Positions 36,283-47,000 of a stretch of 64,000 bases of DNA are shown piece by piece (within the stretch, counting starts at the first letter, position 1; the number at the start of each line of letters is the position of its first letter). A program made the translations under genes and the position numbers. The notes below the pieces were generated by a model that had not been told where the DNA came from, did no database searches, and saw only the letters and a list, made by a program, of their open reading frames with translations. Source of the stretch: an archaeon BMS3Abin17 (GTDB lineage: Archaea; Nanobdellota; Nanobdellia; Pacearchaeales; GW2011-AR1). The stretch is from NCBI GenBank assembly GCA_002897655.1, contig BDTJ01000038.1, forward strand, positions 66,689 to 130,688, in the 5' to 3' direction.

Positions 36283-37788
36283 TTGATTATGGGAAAAGTT
36301 TCTAGAAAAGTTGTATCAGAATCTCTTTGGAAGTTCGTTTCCACAATTATAACTAAAGCAGGCGCCTTGATTTTTGTTGTATTGCTTGCACGTTTTTTAA
36401 GACCAGAAGGTTTTGGCGTTTATAATCTTGCAATGGCAATAGTTTTGACTTTCACCTTACTTACTGATTTAGGAGTAAACAGGACTCTTCTAAGATATTT
36501 CTCCTTTTCATTAGGAAAAAAGGATAAATCCAAAGCAGTTGCTTATGCAAGATATCTTTTTAAGATTAAATTTCTTATAGTGACGGTATTTTCAATACTT
36601 TTCCTAGTTTTAGCATATCCTCTTTCATTTTGGGTTTTTAAAAAGCCAGAATTGTTTTGGCCGTTAATTATTCTTTCCATTTACTTAGTTGTTCTGTCTT
36701 TTGAGATGTTTTTTGAGTATTTCTTTTATGCTATCAAGAAAATTAAATTTCTCACAATAAAAGAAGTATTTTTGCAGGCACTTAGAATATCTTTTGCTCT
36801 TTTGGTTTTTGCCTTTTTAATGGGTTATAATAGAATCCTGGGAATTTTTGTAGCTGTCTTGTTTGCACACTTATTCACTTCTATCTTTTTATTTGTGCTT
36901 TTGAAGAAACATGTCTCTTTTATATTTGAAAAATCTGAATCAAAAATCAATAAGAAGAAGTTATTTAGTTTTCTGAAATATCTTGCTGTGGGGGGGATAT
37001 CTGCTATGTTCTTTGTTTATGTAGACATTATTATGCTCGGAATATTTCTCCCCTCAACTTATGTGGGATACTATTCCGCAGCAGTTGCTTTGGTTGGAGC
37101 CCTTATTTTTCTAATCCCCGCATCAAATGTGCTCCTCCCAGTATTTACCCAATTAAAAAAAGGCCAATTGAAAAATTCTTTTGATAAGGTTTTCAAATAT
37201 GTTTGCCTACTTTCTATCCCAGTAATCTTTGGCGCACTGGCAGTAGGGAGATACTTTATTCGTGTTTTTTATGGATATGAATATCTTCCATCCCTAATTC
37301 CCCTTTATTTTCTTGTTTTTTTGGTTTTTAGTGAAGTGTTAACAGGAACTCTTATATCTTTATTTTCTGCAAGGGAAAAACCACAGTATTTTGTCAAATA
37401 TCTCTTGATTTTTTCAGCATTAAATGTAATTTTGAATTATTTTTTAATCAAATTTTTCATTAATTTCTCTTTTGAATTAGCCATGGTTGGTGCCGCAATA
37501 GCAACTTTAACTACAAGATACTCTTACATGATTGCTTTAGGAATTATTTCAGTTAAAAAATTAAATATAAATTATAAACTAACTCACTTTGTAAAACCAC
37601 TAATTGCATCAATACTAATGTTCTTAGCAATATTCTATATAAATTACACTATAAAGGACATGACTTTGCTTCTTGGTCTGGGAGAGATTCTACTGGGAGT
37701 TTTTGTTTATTTTATATTAATGTTCTTAATGAAAGGATTCAGGAAAGAAGACTTCCAGATGATTAAGGACGCAATTAAAAACCTATAA
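36283..37788 (+). CDS. Polysaccharide/oligosaccharide flippase (Wzx-like, MOP superfamily)
   Basis: 501 aa, ~14 TM helices, polysacc_synt-like N-terminus. Confidence 0.7.
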   Translation: MIMGKVSRKVVSESLWKFVSTIITKAGALIFVVLLARFLRPEGFGVYNLAMAIVLTFTLLTDLGVNRTLLRYFSFSLGKKDKSKAVAYARYLFKIKFLIVTVFSILFLVLAYPLSFWVFKKPELFWPLIILSIYLVVLSFEMFFEYFFYAIKKIKFLTIKEVFLQALRISFALLVFAFLMGYNRILGIFVAVLFAHLFTSIFLFVLLKKHVSFIFEKSESKINKKKLFSFLKYLAVGGISAMFFVYVDIIMLGIFLPSTYVGYYSAAVALVGALIFLIPASNVLLPVFTQLKKGQLKNSFDKVFKYVCLLSIPVIFGALAVGRYFIRVFYGYEYLPSLIPLYFLVFLVFSEVLTGTLISLFSAREKPQYFVKYLLIFSALNVILNYFLIKFFINFSFELAMVGAAIATLTTRYSYMIALGIISVKKLNINYKLTHFVKPLIASILMFLAIFYINYTIKDMTLLLGLGEILLGVFVYFILMFLMKGFRKEDFQMIKDAIKNL

Positions 37789-37832
37789 GATTCCTCACAA
37801 AAACTTTTAAACCCCCTTAATATTTTAAAAAC

Positions 37833-38939
37833 ATGATAAAAAGAATAGCTTTTTTCACAGTGGGATTTGCTTTTAATAGGCTTGTTAGAATGAAGTTTTA
37901 TGAGAAGATTTTTCCAAAAAACGTGGAGATTTACTTATTTACTACAAATAAATACCTTGGGAAAGAAAAAGAGAATTATCAGCAAAGATATGAAAAAGAT
38001 TTAAAGAGAACCAAAGTCATTTATGCAGATTATAATCCTCTAAAATTATCTTTTACATTGCGGAAGCTTTGCAAAAAACACCAAATTGATAGGGTAATGA
38101 CTTTAGGCCACAATCTTGGGGGTTTCTTTTTATTGTTTGCAACATTGCTCCTAAAGACAGATTTTTGTATGAATGTTCTTGCAGCTGAATTTAATAGGTA
38201 TAAGATCACTGGAAGCATAAAAGAATCTGCCTTGCTTTTGGCAGATAATATTTACTTATTTGTTCTTATGCAATTTGCAAAAAAAGGCATGTTTACAGAC
38301 GCTCTTGATGCCAAAAGAGCCCCGACATTTTTCTTAAGAGAGAAGAATTCTATGAATCACTTGCCAGCACCAGTTAATACAGATTTATTTAAAATAAAGA
38401 ACAAAGTTAAATGCAGAAAAAAATTAAAATTACCTTTAAATAAAAAAATAATAATCTTTGTTGGGAGAATTGTATTCACAAAAGGGTCTAATTATCTCAA
38501 GGAGTTAATAAAAAAACATAAAGATATTCATTTTATAGTAATTGGAAGGATGATAGATAAAGATTTCTTGAATATGAAATGTAAAAATTTCCAGTGGATT
38601 GAAAAAAAGACATCAAAAGAATTGATTGATTATTATAATGCTGCTGACTTAAGTTTTTGCGTGAACAGGGAAGGGGGGGGAATTGGATTAACTTCAGAAG
38701 AGGCACTAGCCTGCGGAGCCCCAATTATTGTATCAAAATTATTTCGTTTAAAAAAATCCCCCGCACTTTATCAAGTTTCTTTGAATTTTGAGGAGATAGA
38801 TAAAGCTGTTATCGACTTTTTCAAATTATCTAAAGATGAAAGAAAGAAAGTATCAAAAATTTCCAGGAATTATGCAAAAGAAACATACTCTGATAAAGTT
38901 TTAAAAAACAAATATATTACAGCCTATCTGATAAAATAA
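37833..38939 (+). CDS. Glycosyltransferase family 1 (GT-B, GT4-like)
   Basis: 368 aa; C-terminal EGGGIGLTSEEALACGAPIIVS motif. Confidence 0.7.
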   Translation: MIKRIAFFTVGFAFNRLVRMKFYEKIFPKNVEIYLFTTNKYLGKEKENYQQRYEKDLKRTKVIYADYNPLKLSFTLRKLCKKHQIDRVMTLGHNLGGFFLLFATLLLKTDFCMNVLAAEFNRYKITGSIKESALLLADNIYLFVLMQFAKKGMFTDALDAKRAPTFFLREKNSMNHLPAPVNTDLFKIKNKVKCRKKLKLPLNKKIIIFVGRIVFTKGSNYLKELIKKHKDIHFIVIGRMIDKDFLNMKCKNFQWIEKKTSKELIDYYNAADLSFCVNREGGGIGLTSEEALACGAPIIVSKLFRLKKSPALYQVSLNFEEIDKAVIDFFKLSKDERKKVSKISRNYAKETYSDKVLKNKYITAYLIK

Positions 38940-39003
38940 TTTAATTCTCTTGTATGATTTATTCTCTATAAACTTATATACCTCAATTTCCCCCATTTTT
39001 GAT

Positions 39004-39522
39004 ATGGGAAAAAAATTAAATATTGGAAGTGGTAATGATTATAAAGAAGGGTTTGTGAATTTAGATTGTAATAAGAATCTGAAGGCAGATATTTATGCTA
39101 ATCTTGAAAAAAAATGGCCATTTCCAGATAATTCTTTTGATTATATTTATGCTAGTAATATCATAGAACATTTTGAAAATATACATTTTATTTGTGATGA
39201 ATTACACAGGGTTGCAAAGAATGGCGCTATTATTGAGATAATTGTTCCACATTATACTGGGAGACACGCTTTCAAAATTTTACAACATAAAACTTATTTT
39301 GGAATTGGAACTTTTGGAGATTATACTAAAGAATCTGTGGAGAGATTTTATCCAATAAAATTTGATGTTCTTAAGGAACGGCTTTGGTTTTTTAGACCCC
39401 GTTATAGACTCAGTTTTATAAATGGATTTTTTAATCTTAGTAAGAAATGGATGGCGATATCAGAAAGATTTAATCCATTCGGGTTTGATGAGATATATTA
39501 TAAATTAAAGGTAGTAAAATAA
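39004..39522 (+). CDS. Class I SAM-dependent methyltransferase
   Basis: Start trimmed to MGKKLNIGSGNDY... (motif I), DIYASNIIEHF motif. Confidence 0.6.
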   Translation: MGKKLNIGSGNDYKEGFVNLDCNKNLKADIYANLEKKWPFPDNSFDYIYASNIIEHFENIHFICDELHRVAKNGAIIEIIVPHYTGRHAFKILQHKTYFGIGTFGDYTKESVERFYPIKFDVLKERLWFFRPRYRLSFINGFFNLSKKWMAISERFNPFGFDEIYYKLKVVK

Positions 39523-39553
39523 TCTTTATAAACCCCTTTTTGTGTCCTTTCTT

Positions 39554-40435
39554 ATGAAATATCCAAAAGTATCGATTTTAATTATAAATTATAATGGGGG
39601 AGATAAGGTAATCCGGTGTTTGAATTCAGTGATGAAATTAGATTACCCTTCTTATGAGATTATAGTAATTGATAATGGAAGTAGTGACGGGAGTCAGGAA
39701 AAAATAAAAAAAGAATTTAGCCAAATAAAATTAGTGGAAAATAAGGAAAATTTAGGAAGTGTGGGGGCCCATAATCAGGGATTTAAACTTGCTAAGGGAG
39801 ATTTTATTCTTGGTCTTGATGATGACGCTGTCGCGTCTCCTTCTCTTTTAAAAAACCTTGTTAAAGTCGCATTATCTAATAATAAGATTGGAATTGTTGT
39901 TCCAAAAATATATTATTACAGCAAGCCAAATATTTTTAATAGCACAGGATTTTTTCTAAATCCAATAACAGGAAAGATGAAAGATCTTGGAATTGGAAAA
40001 GAAGATAAAGGTCAATTGGACTTTCAAAGGGAAATTGATTATGTGCCAAGTTCTATTATTTTAATCAAAAAAGAAGCATTAAAAACAGCAGGAGGAATGA
40101 ATGAGGATTATTTTGTTTATTACGAAGATTCAGATTGGTGCCTTAGAGTAAGAAATGCTGGATATAAGATAGTTTATACTCCAAATACAAAAGCATGGCA
40201 TGATTGCAAAACCCAGGGGGAGCTATCACCTTTTAGAGTATATCATTATACTAGGGGAAAAACTCTTTTTATGAAACAGAGCAGCACTCCACTCAATAAA
40301 TTTTTATTTATCTTATTTCACATATTTTTGTATTCTCCAGCAAGGATTTTTTCATTTATTTTAAAAGGAAAATTCAATCTAATAAAACCATATATTCAAG
40401 GAACTAAAGAAGGGTTATCCAGTAAAAGAAAGTAA
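39554..40435 (+). CDS. Glycosyltransferase family 2
   Basis: Start trimmed to MKYPKVSILIINYNGG...; DxD (LGLDDDA) present. Confidence 0.75.
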   Translation: MKYPKVSILIINYNGGDKVIRCLNSVMKLDYPSYEIIVIDNGSSDGSQEKIKKEFSQIKLVENKENLGSVGAHNQGFKLAKGDFILGLDDDAVASPSLLKNLVKVALSNNKIGIVVPKIYYYSKPNIFNSTGFFLNPITGKMKDLGIGKEDKGQLDFQREIDYVPSSIILIKKEALKTAGGMNEDYFVYYEDSDWCLRVRNAGYKIVYTPNTKAWHDCKTQGELSPFRVYHYTRGKTLFMKQSSTPLNKFLFILFHIFLYSPARIFSFILKGKFNLIKPYIQGTKEGLSSKRK

Positions 40436-40437
40436 TC

Positions 40438-41472
40438 TTACCACAGCCACCATTCTATGCTTGAATCATAGGCATGGTCGCAATTCTTGCAGACAGGAGA
40501 GGAAAAATCAAAATTTAAATGCTGTTTTTGCAGTTCTTTGAATGCTTTTGATTCTCTTAACTTTTTAATATCATCTCCTTTGATTAAGTTTCCGAATTTA
40601 ACTCTGGATTCATAATCTCTGCAGCAAACAACAAACTCTCCTTTTGAGTGAATTACAATGTGCGTCCATAAAGCAGAACAAGTCCATTGCCTTCTTCCGT
40701 AAGGGATGTTCTGTTCTCCGACATACTCTTTTAATGTTCCTGCCCAGTCTGATGGAAAATATGCTCGGACAGAATCAGAATATTTTCTCCAAAAATTAAC
40801 GAAATTTTGTGCCTTTTCTTCATTTTCTTTTAAAATCATCATAGAAATATTTGTTAATGCAGGCTTTCTTTTTTCCTTGTTGTTTTTTAAAAAATACAAA
40901 ACATTTCTTTTGGTATTCTCATAATCCAGACCCATAACTTTGTTATAATCTTCTTCTATGCCATTTATGGAAAAAGTGACTCTTCCAAGATTTGTTTTTA
41001 ATAATTCATCTGCCCTTTTTTTAGTTAATAACGCAGCATTGCTGTAAATATCCACTTTTAATTTAGGATATTTCTTATTAACATACTTTATTTTCTCTAT
41101 AACTCCCTTATCTGTGAAGGGTTCTCCAAATCCATTAATAGTGAGTCTTTTAATATCATAATTTTTCATAACATTATCCAAGATTTTCTTAAAATTCTCT
41201 AAACCCATAACACTTATCTTTCTCTTCATAGTCTTATGGGGGCACATTAGGCATTTTGCATTGCATGCATTAGTTGTCTCTATTTGCAGAATCTTCGGAG
41301 TTATTCTTTCTGCTTCTTTTTTTATTCTTTTCAGGTAAATTGCACCATATAATCTGGAGTTTACAATTCTGGACAAAGGCGATTGATAAAGGAGAAATTT
41401 CTTAAATGGTCTGGCAAATCCTTCTAATTTAAGATAATATCTTGTTTCCTGAATAAAGTTCTTGATATTCAT
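40438..41472 (-). CDS. Radical SAM protein with SPASM-like C-terminal cysteine cluster
   Basis: 344 aa; CNAKCLMCPH (Cx3Cx2C); C-terminal CSALW...VVCCRDY...CKNCDHAY. Confidence 0.75.
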   Translation of the reverse strand: MNIKNFIQETRYYLKLEGFARPFKKFLLYQSPLSRIVNSRLYGAIYLKRIKKEAERITPKILQIETTNACNAKCLMCPHKTMKRKISVMGLENFKKILDNVMKNYDIKRLTINGFGEPFTDKGVIEKIKYVNKKYPKLKVDIYSNAALLTKKRADELLKTNLGRVTFSINGIEEDYNKVMGLDYENTKRNVLYFLKNNKEKRKPALTNISMMILKENEEKAQNFVNFWRKYSDSVRAYFPSDWAGTLKEYVGEQNIPYGRRQWTCSALWTHIVIHSKGEFVVCCRDYESRVKFGNLIKGDDIKKLRESKAFKELQKQHLNFDFSSPVCKNCDHAYDSSIEWWLW

Positions 41473-41545
41473 GGGGTCCTATATTCTGGGGTATATATAA
41501 AATTAACTACATAATTCTTATAAACTAACATAGTTAGGATTTCTT

Positions 41546-42769
41546 ATGAGAATTGCACATATAAATATGTTTTATCTGCCTACTTTTGGAGGGGTGGAGC
41601 AGGTTATGTATGAGTTAACCAAAAAACAGGTTAAAGAAGGGCATGAGGTCCATGTTTTTTGCTGTGACTCAGATAAGAATAAGAGAATAAATGTAAAAGA
41701 AGAAATAATTGAAGGAGTTCATGTTCACAGGTTTCCTTACTGGTTTAGATTATCTCTAAATACATTTATCTGGCCTTCTTTATTGTGGAGGTTTAAGAGA
41801 TACACTCAAAACTCAAAGAATTTTGGTGCCACAAAATCCATGGCTGTTCGTTCGCACAGGCGCGGGGGCGAGGATTTTGTCGGCTTTGATATAATTCACA
41901 CTCATGTATCCGGGCATGCTTACATATTATTTGCAGGAATTCTGGCTAAATCAAAGGGCATAAAGCATATTCATACAACTCATTGTCCTTGGACAGATAT
42001 GTCTTTTAGACCCTGGATATTAAGGCCCTTTTTGTTCCTAAATGAGCTTTTTTTTAACAGATTATCCTTTAGCCTTATTGATAAGATTGTTTCAATAACT
42101 CCCTGGGAAAAAGAAACCCTGAAAAAGTTTACAGAAGAGGGGAAAATAAGAATTATAAAAAACGGAATGGACGATATTCTCTATAAAAAAATAAAAAAGA
42201 ATAATTTCAAGAAGAATCATAAGATAAAAGAGAAAAAATTAGTTTTGTTTTTCGGGAGATTAAATCCTACAAAAGGGCCTGAAAAATTAGCCCTTGCAGC
42301 AATTAACATCTCTAAAAAAAGAAAAGATATTGCCTTTGTTTGGGTTGGACCTGATGAAGGCAAAGCAGAAGAGGTCAAGAAATTAATCAAACCATACAAA
42401 AATATGAAATATCTTGGCCCTCTTAGAGGAAAAGAAAAAATAGCTGAGATGTATCAGGCATCAGATGTTTATGTTCTTCCAACCTATCGTGAAGGATTAC
42501 CTTTAACACTTTTTGAGGCAATGGCTTCTGGGTTGCCTATAGTAACTTCTCCTGTAAACGGGATTCCTTATGAAATGAAAGAACCAGAAAATGGATTTTT
42601 TTCTGATTACGGGGATATTGAGAGTTTAGAAACTAATATATTAAAAATTCTTGATAACCCTGAACTGGCAAGAAAAATCTCTCTTAATAACTTTAAAAAG
42701 GCAAAACAATATGAGTGGAATATTATTCATAAACAATATATGAAAGAGTATGAATCTCTTTTAAAATAA
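41546..42769 (+). CDS. Glycosyltransferase family 1 (GT4-like)
   Basis: 407 aa; FFGRLNPTKG...EGLPLTLFEAMASGLPIVTS. Confidence 0.75.
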   Translation: MRIAHINMFYLPTFGGVEQVMYELTKKQVKEGHEVHVFCCDSDKNKRINVKEEIIEGVHVHRFPYWFRLSLNTFIWPSLLWRFKRYTQNSKNFGATKSMAVRSHRRGGEDFVGFDIIHTHVSGHAYILFAGILAKSKGIKHIHTTHCPWTDMSFRPWILRPFLFLNELFFNRLSFSLIDKIVSITPWEKETLKKFTEEGKIRIIKNGMDDILYKKIKKNNFKKNHKIKEKKLVLFFGRLNPTKGPEKLALAAINISKKRKDIAFVWVGPDEGKAEEVKKLIKPYKNMKYLGPLRGKEKIAEMYQASDVYVLPTYREGLPLTLFEAMASGLPIVTSPVNGIPYEMKEPENGFFSDYGDIESLETNILKILDNPELARKISLNNFKKAKQYEWNIIHKQYMKEYESLLK

Positions 42770-42893
42770 TAAAATGAAAACAAAAAAATTAAAAACTTCA
42801 AGAACAAAGTTCTTGGCAGTCCCAGAAATTCCAAGTATAACAAAAAGAATTTCTGAGATTTTTAGCATTCATTTTTAAGGAATTAAACAAAAA

Positions 42894-44429
42894 ATGAAAA
42901 TAACTTTAATTTCAACATCCACTTACCCTTCTGATCAGGGAATAAGAACTATTTCAAGTGTTTTAAAAAAAGCAGGGCATGATGTAAAAATAGCTTTTAT
43001 GACATTAAGCGAGGATTATTCAAAGAATTATAATCTGTCAGAATTATCTCAGTTAATGAAATTATGTTCAGGAAGCGAATTTATAGGGGTAAATTCTTTT
43101 GCTTCTACATCAAAAAGAGCATCAAGGATAATTAGTTTTTTGAAAAAAAGGCTTAATGTTCCGATATTGTATGGGGGAGTGCATGCAACAATTTCTCCAG
43201 AAGACTGCATAAAAGATTCAGACATTGTTTGTGTAGGAGAAGGGGAAGGAGCAGTTTTGGATTTTGCAGAAGCAATACAGAAAAAAAAGAAGATAGACAA
43301 AATAAAAAATTTATGGATAAGGAAAGAAGGAAAAATAATAAAAAACCCAGTAAGAGACCTTGTAGATGACTTAGATAATCTCCCCCTCCCTGATTATGAT
43401 GTGCAAGACCATTATTTATTGGAGAATGGAAAAATAAGAAAATTTACAGAATATGATCTTGGGGGGCAGATATTTTTCTTAACAGGCAGAGGCTGTCCAT
43501 ATGGCTGTGATTATTGCAGTAATAGTCTGTTTAATGAACTTTATGAAGGGAGAAGAAAAAAGATTTTAAGATGGAATTCCCCTGAATATATTATCAAAGG
43601 GATTTTATTCTTAAAAGAGAGATTTTCTTCTTTAGGTTATTTTGACATAAGGGACGACACTTTTTCTTTAAGGTCTTTAGAGGATATAAAGAAATTCTGC
43701 GAATTATATAAAGAAAAAGTGAAGATGAGATTTAAGTGCTTAGGGGATCCTAAAACAATTACTGATGAAAAAATTAAATTACTCTTAGATGCCGGATGTA
43801 CAGATATAATTATTGGAATACAGGGTTCAGAAAGAGTAAATAGGGAGATATATCATCGAAATCAAAAAGACGAGTATGTATTGAGGGCAGCACAGATTCT
43901 TAACAAGTATAAGGGAAAAATTGCAGTTATGTATGATGTAATTACCTCTAATCCATATGAACAGCCAGAAGATACTGTGGACATGATAAGGCTTTTGCAG
44001 AAAATACCCAAACCATATTATCTTTCAGTGAACAATCTTGTTTTCTTTAATGGTTCAAAGCTATATGAAAGAGCTAAAGCAGACGGAATAATCAAAACTG
44101 AAAAAGATTCTGCAATAAGTCTTAATTATTGGGATAGAAGTGCACATATACTTTTAAAAAAGAAGAATAAATATCTTGTTTTGATTCTCAATTTGATGAG
44201 GGGAGTTGCAACAGAGAATAGATTTGGGTTTATGCCTAATTTCTTAATCAATTATCTGTTAAAACCAGAGAGAATTAGGAGGAATTTGAGAAATGAATCT
44301 CCAACACTAATGGCCTTAAAATTAGTCAGTGTTTTTGATTTAATAAGGGAAAAAATAGCCAAGCCTTTTTACAGATCCTTGCCTTTGAGGTTTAGAATAT
44401 GGTATGATAGAGCAAGATACAGGGTTTAG
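42894..44429 (+). CDS. Cobalamin-binding (class B) radical SAM enzyme
   Basis: 511 aa; N-terminal B12-binding-like Rossmann domain; GRGCPYGCDYCSN (Cx3Cx2C). Confidence 0.75.
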   Translation: MKITLISTSTYPSDQGIRTISSVLKKAGHDVKIAFMTLSEDYSKNYNLSELSQLMKLCSGSEFIGVNSFASTSKRASRIISFLKKRLNVPILYGGVHATISPEDCIKDSDIVCVGEGEGAVLDFAEAIQKKKKIDKIKNLWIRKEGKIIKNPVRDLVDDLDNLPLPDYDVQDHYLLENGKIRKFTEYDLGGQIFFLTGRGCPYGCDYCSNSLFNELYEGRRKKILRWNSPEYIIKGILFLKERFSSLGYFDIRDDTFSLRSLEDIKKFCELYKEKVKMRFKCLGDPKTITDEKIKLLLDAGCTDIIIGIQGSERVNREIYHRNQKDEYVLRAAQILNKYKGKIAVMYDVITSNPYEQPEDTVDMIRLLQKIPKPYYLSVNNLVFFNGSKLYERAKADGIIKTEKDSAISLNYWDRSAHILLKKKNKYLVLILNLMRGVATENRFGFMPNFLINYLLKPERIRRNLRNESPTLMALKLVSVFDLIREKIAKPFYRSLPLRFRIWYDRARYRV

Positions 44430-44439
44430 TGATATCTTT

Positions 44440-44691
44440 TTAATTAAGCTCTTTTTCTATTTTCTTATGTTTGGAGAAATCATAAGTTAGATTAAATTTT
44501 TCTTTCATAAAAGTTTCATATGTGTGAATCATTGCAATTACAATTCTTTTTTCCTTTTTGGTTAAATTACACATACATGAATTACAATTAGGACATTTAA
44601 AATCTCCACATTTAGGGCATTCTATTGGCTTCCTTGATTTTGAAAACCATTCAAGACATTTAAAACATCTTACTTTTTTTGGGCTACACAT
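44440..44691 (-). CDS. Cysteine-rich zinc-finger protein, hypothetical
   Basis: Start trimmed to internal Met to reduce overlap with queC-like gene; CFKC...CPKC...CPNC. Confidence 0.35.
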   Translation of the reverse strand: MCSPKKVRCFKCLEWFSKSRKPIECPKCGDFKCPNCNSCMCNLTKKEKRIVIAMIHTYETFMKEKFNLTYDFSKHKKIEKELN

Positions 44692-45403
44692 TTTTATAGA
44701 TACTAGAATCTTTAATGTTTGAGAATTTAAATGCTTTTTTTCTTGATTTACATCCCCCGCATATTCCACAGTGAATTGGAATTGTTTTATTCTTTATTTT
44801 CTTAAAACCCCCTCCAACATAACAGCTATATGTATCTCCCAGATTTATTCTTAATTTCTTTGACAATTCAATCAAATCTTCTTTTTCTTTATTTAGAAAG
44901 GGCGCAACAAACTTCAAATTTCCTTTTTGAGTGCAAAATTCTGCTGTTTTATTCATTTGTTTTAAGAATTCAGGAGTTGTATCCTTAAATTGCAGCTCTC
45001 CCTCGTGCTTTATTGCAATATAGACATCATTTTTTTCTTTTTTGGAAATAAATTTAGATTCTGCAATTGCCAGGCCAACTAATAAGAATATAGAGTTCCT
45101 GCAAGGGACATACCAGGAGATTAATTCCTCCTTTTCTTTTATCTTTTTTAATTTTTCTTCACTTATTTTTTTATTTATCAAAGAAGTGCTTATTTCTCCA
45201 AGCCATCTAACATTAATTATCTTTAATTTAGAACCAAGCTTTTTTGCAGTTTTTCTAGCACAAAAAAGTTCCTCTTTTAGGGATTTTTGATTGTAATCCA
45301 GAAAAATAAGCTCAATATCCCTGATTTTCTTTACCTTCCTGAGGTAATATGCCAGAGTTACACTATCTAAACCCCCAGAAGTTAAGACCATTGCTTTACT
45401 CAT
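44684..45403 (-). CDS. queC: 7-cyano-7-deazaguanine synthase QueC-like PP-loop ATPase
   Basis: 239 aa; PP-loop SGGLDS at N-terminus; TYSCY motif and C-terminal HCGICGGC zinc site typical of QueC. Confidence 0.7.
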   Translation of the reverse strand: MSKAMVLTSGGLDSVTLAYYLRKVKKIRDIELIFLDYNQKSLKEELFCARKTAKKLGSKLKIINVRWLGEISTSLINKKISEEKLKKIKEKEELISWYVPCRNSIFLLVGLAIAESKFISKKEKNDVYIAIKHEGELQFKDTTPEFLKQMNKTAEFCTQKGNLKFVAPFLNKEKEDLIELSKKLRINLGDTYSCYVGGGFKKIKNKTIPIHCGICGGCKSRKKAFKFSNIKDSSIYKNV

Positions 45404-45463
45404 ATATTCAAGTGTTTTGTTCTGTATAAAAAACTTTATATAAGTGGATATTACTAATATTTC

Positions 45464-45667
45464 ATGGCAAAGAAAAAGGCTTCAGAATTAAAAGAAGGAG
45501 ATATAATCTCTATATATGGGGAAAAGTCAGTTGTTAAGAAGATAGAGACTTCTGGAAAGGGTATTAAGCAGGGAAAAGTTAAATGTAGAATTGAGACAGA
45601 ATCTTTAGGAGATAAAAGCCAAAAGGTAATCATAAGATTAGCAGACGATATTCTTGATGTGGAATAA
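45464..45667 (+). CDS. Small hypothetical protein (possible beta-barrel)
   Basis: 67 aa; start 3 nt before next gene. Confidence 0.35.
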   Translation: MAKKKASELKEGDIISIYGEKSVVKKIETSGKGIKQGKVKCRIETESLGDKSQKVIIRLADDILDVE

Positions 45668-45669
45668 AA

Positions 45670-46572
45670 ATGATTAATATAATTATCACTTCTTATGGGG
45701 AGCCTAAGGCAACTGCAAAAGCAATTGATAGTTTCTTGAAACAGGATATTAAAGAGAGGTTCAGGATTACAGTTATAGATCCTTTTCCCAAAATAGAGGA
45801 ATTTCTTAAGAAAAGATATGGGGGGAAAGTAGATTTCTTTTTAGACCCTGGAGAAGGAAAGAGCTATGCTTTAAATCTGTTTTTAGAGCAAATATATTCT
45901 AAAAACGAGCAGGATATTATAATTCTCACAGATGGAGATGTTTATGTCTCAGAGAATGCAGTAAAGGAGATTGTCAGGGAATTCAAGGATAAGAAAGTTG
46001 GATGTGTTACAGGAAAACCAACGTTATTAAATCCAAGAGATAATTTTTTTGGTTATGCTTCTCATGTCGCTTTTGGAGGGGTAGACAATGTAAGAAAGAA
46101 GTTATCCAAAAAAGAGAAATTTCTTGAGTGTTCTGGTTATCTGTTTGCTATTAGAAATGGAGTTTTACAAGGGTTTCCTTTGGAAACTTCAGAAGATGCT
46201 ATAATTTCATATTTGTTCTGGAAAAAAGGATATAAGATAAAATATCTCCCTCAAGTTGATGTTTATGTGCTAAATCCTCAAAACTGGAAAGACTTTAAAT
46301 TACAAAAAATTAGGAATATCAAAGGGCATGAAAACCTAAATAAAATTGCTCCAGATATGCCGAGGACAAAATCATTCTTAAATGAAGTTAAAGGAACATG
46401 GTTTGCATTAACTTATCCTAAAAATATAAGGGAAATTTTATTTACAATACCTTTATTTCTAACGAGATTATATCTATATATAAATGCATTTTATAATATC
46501 AAATTCAAAAAACAAGAATATTCTGATGGCTGGAGGGCAATAGAAACAGAATCAACAAAACCTCTGGATTAA
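45670..46572 (+). CDS. Glycosyltransferase family 2
   Basis: 300 aa; MINIIITSYGEP..., DGD motif (LTDGDVY). Confidence 0.7.
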   Translation: MINIIITSYGEPKATAKAIDSFLKQDIKERFRITVIDPFPKIEEFLKKRYGGKVDFFLDPGEGKSYALNLFLEQIYSKNEQDIIILTDGDVYVSENAVKEIVREFKDKKVGCVTGKPTLLNPRDNFFGYASHVAFGGVDNVRKKLSKKEKFLECSGYLFAIRNGVLQGFPLETSEDAIISYLFWKKGYKIKYLPQVDVYVLNPQNWKDFKLQKIRNIKGHENLNKIAPDMPRTKSFLNEVKGTWFALTYPKNIREILFTIPLFLTRLYLYINAFYNIKFKKQEYSDGWRAIETESTKPLD

Positions 46573-46943
46573 GGGTGTTTTGATTTTAATTCTAAAATAG
46601 ACTCAGGGAAATTATAATTAAGTCTGAGGTATCTTCCGTCCTCATCCCTTAAACTGGCCATATTTACTACAGGTTCTTTCCCACACATTTTAATAAGTTC
46701 CTTTACTTTTGAATTGTCAGGATTATATAACACATAAACTAAATGAGATTCTGGTTCAGGTATAAATTCTGGTTCCATCTCTCCTAGAACAGCAATATCT
46801 GAAGGGATTATCTTCACTGAACTATAAATACCGTTGGCACACTCTAAAGATAAGTTAGATAATTCTTTATCAAAACCTGCTTTTTCAATTATCTGCAAAA
46901 CAACATACCCAGAATCCCTAAATTTTTGATGCAAACTTTTCAT
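46569..46943 (-). CDS. Hypothetical protein
   Basis: 124 aa ORF. Confidence 0.35.
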   Translation of the reverse strand: MKSLHQKFRDSGYVVLQIIEKAGFDKELSNLSLECANGIYSSVKIIPSDIAVLGEMEPEFIPEPESHLVYVLYNPDNSKVKELIKMCGKEPVVNMASLRDEDGRYLRLNYNFPESILELKSKHP

Positions 46944-47000
46944 TAATAATCTATCTCAAATTTAGTTTAAAAGAATTATTGTGATGGGAAAAATATGGAT

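Noticed and set aside
41836-41885. Local GC-rich patch (ggctgttcgttcgcacaggcgcgggggcgagg) inside the GT4 gene 41546..42769
   Set aside because: It is in frame and translates to a plausible loop (SMAVRSHRRGGEDFVG). There is no flanking repeat or structure, so it is probably just a compositional outlier within the CDS.
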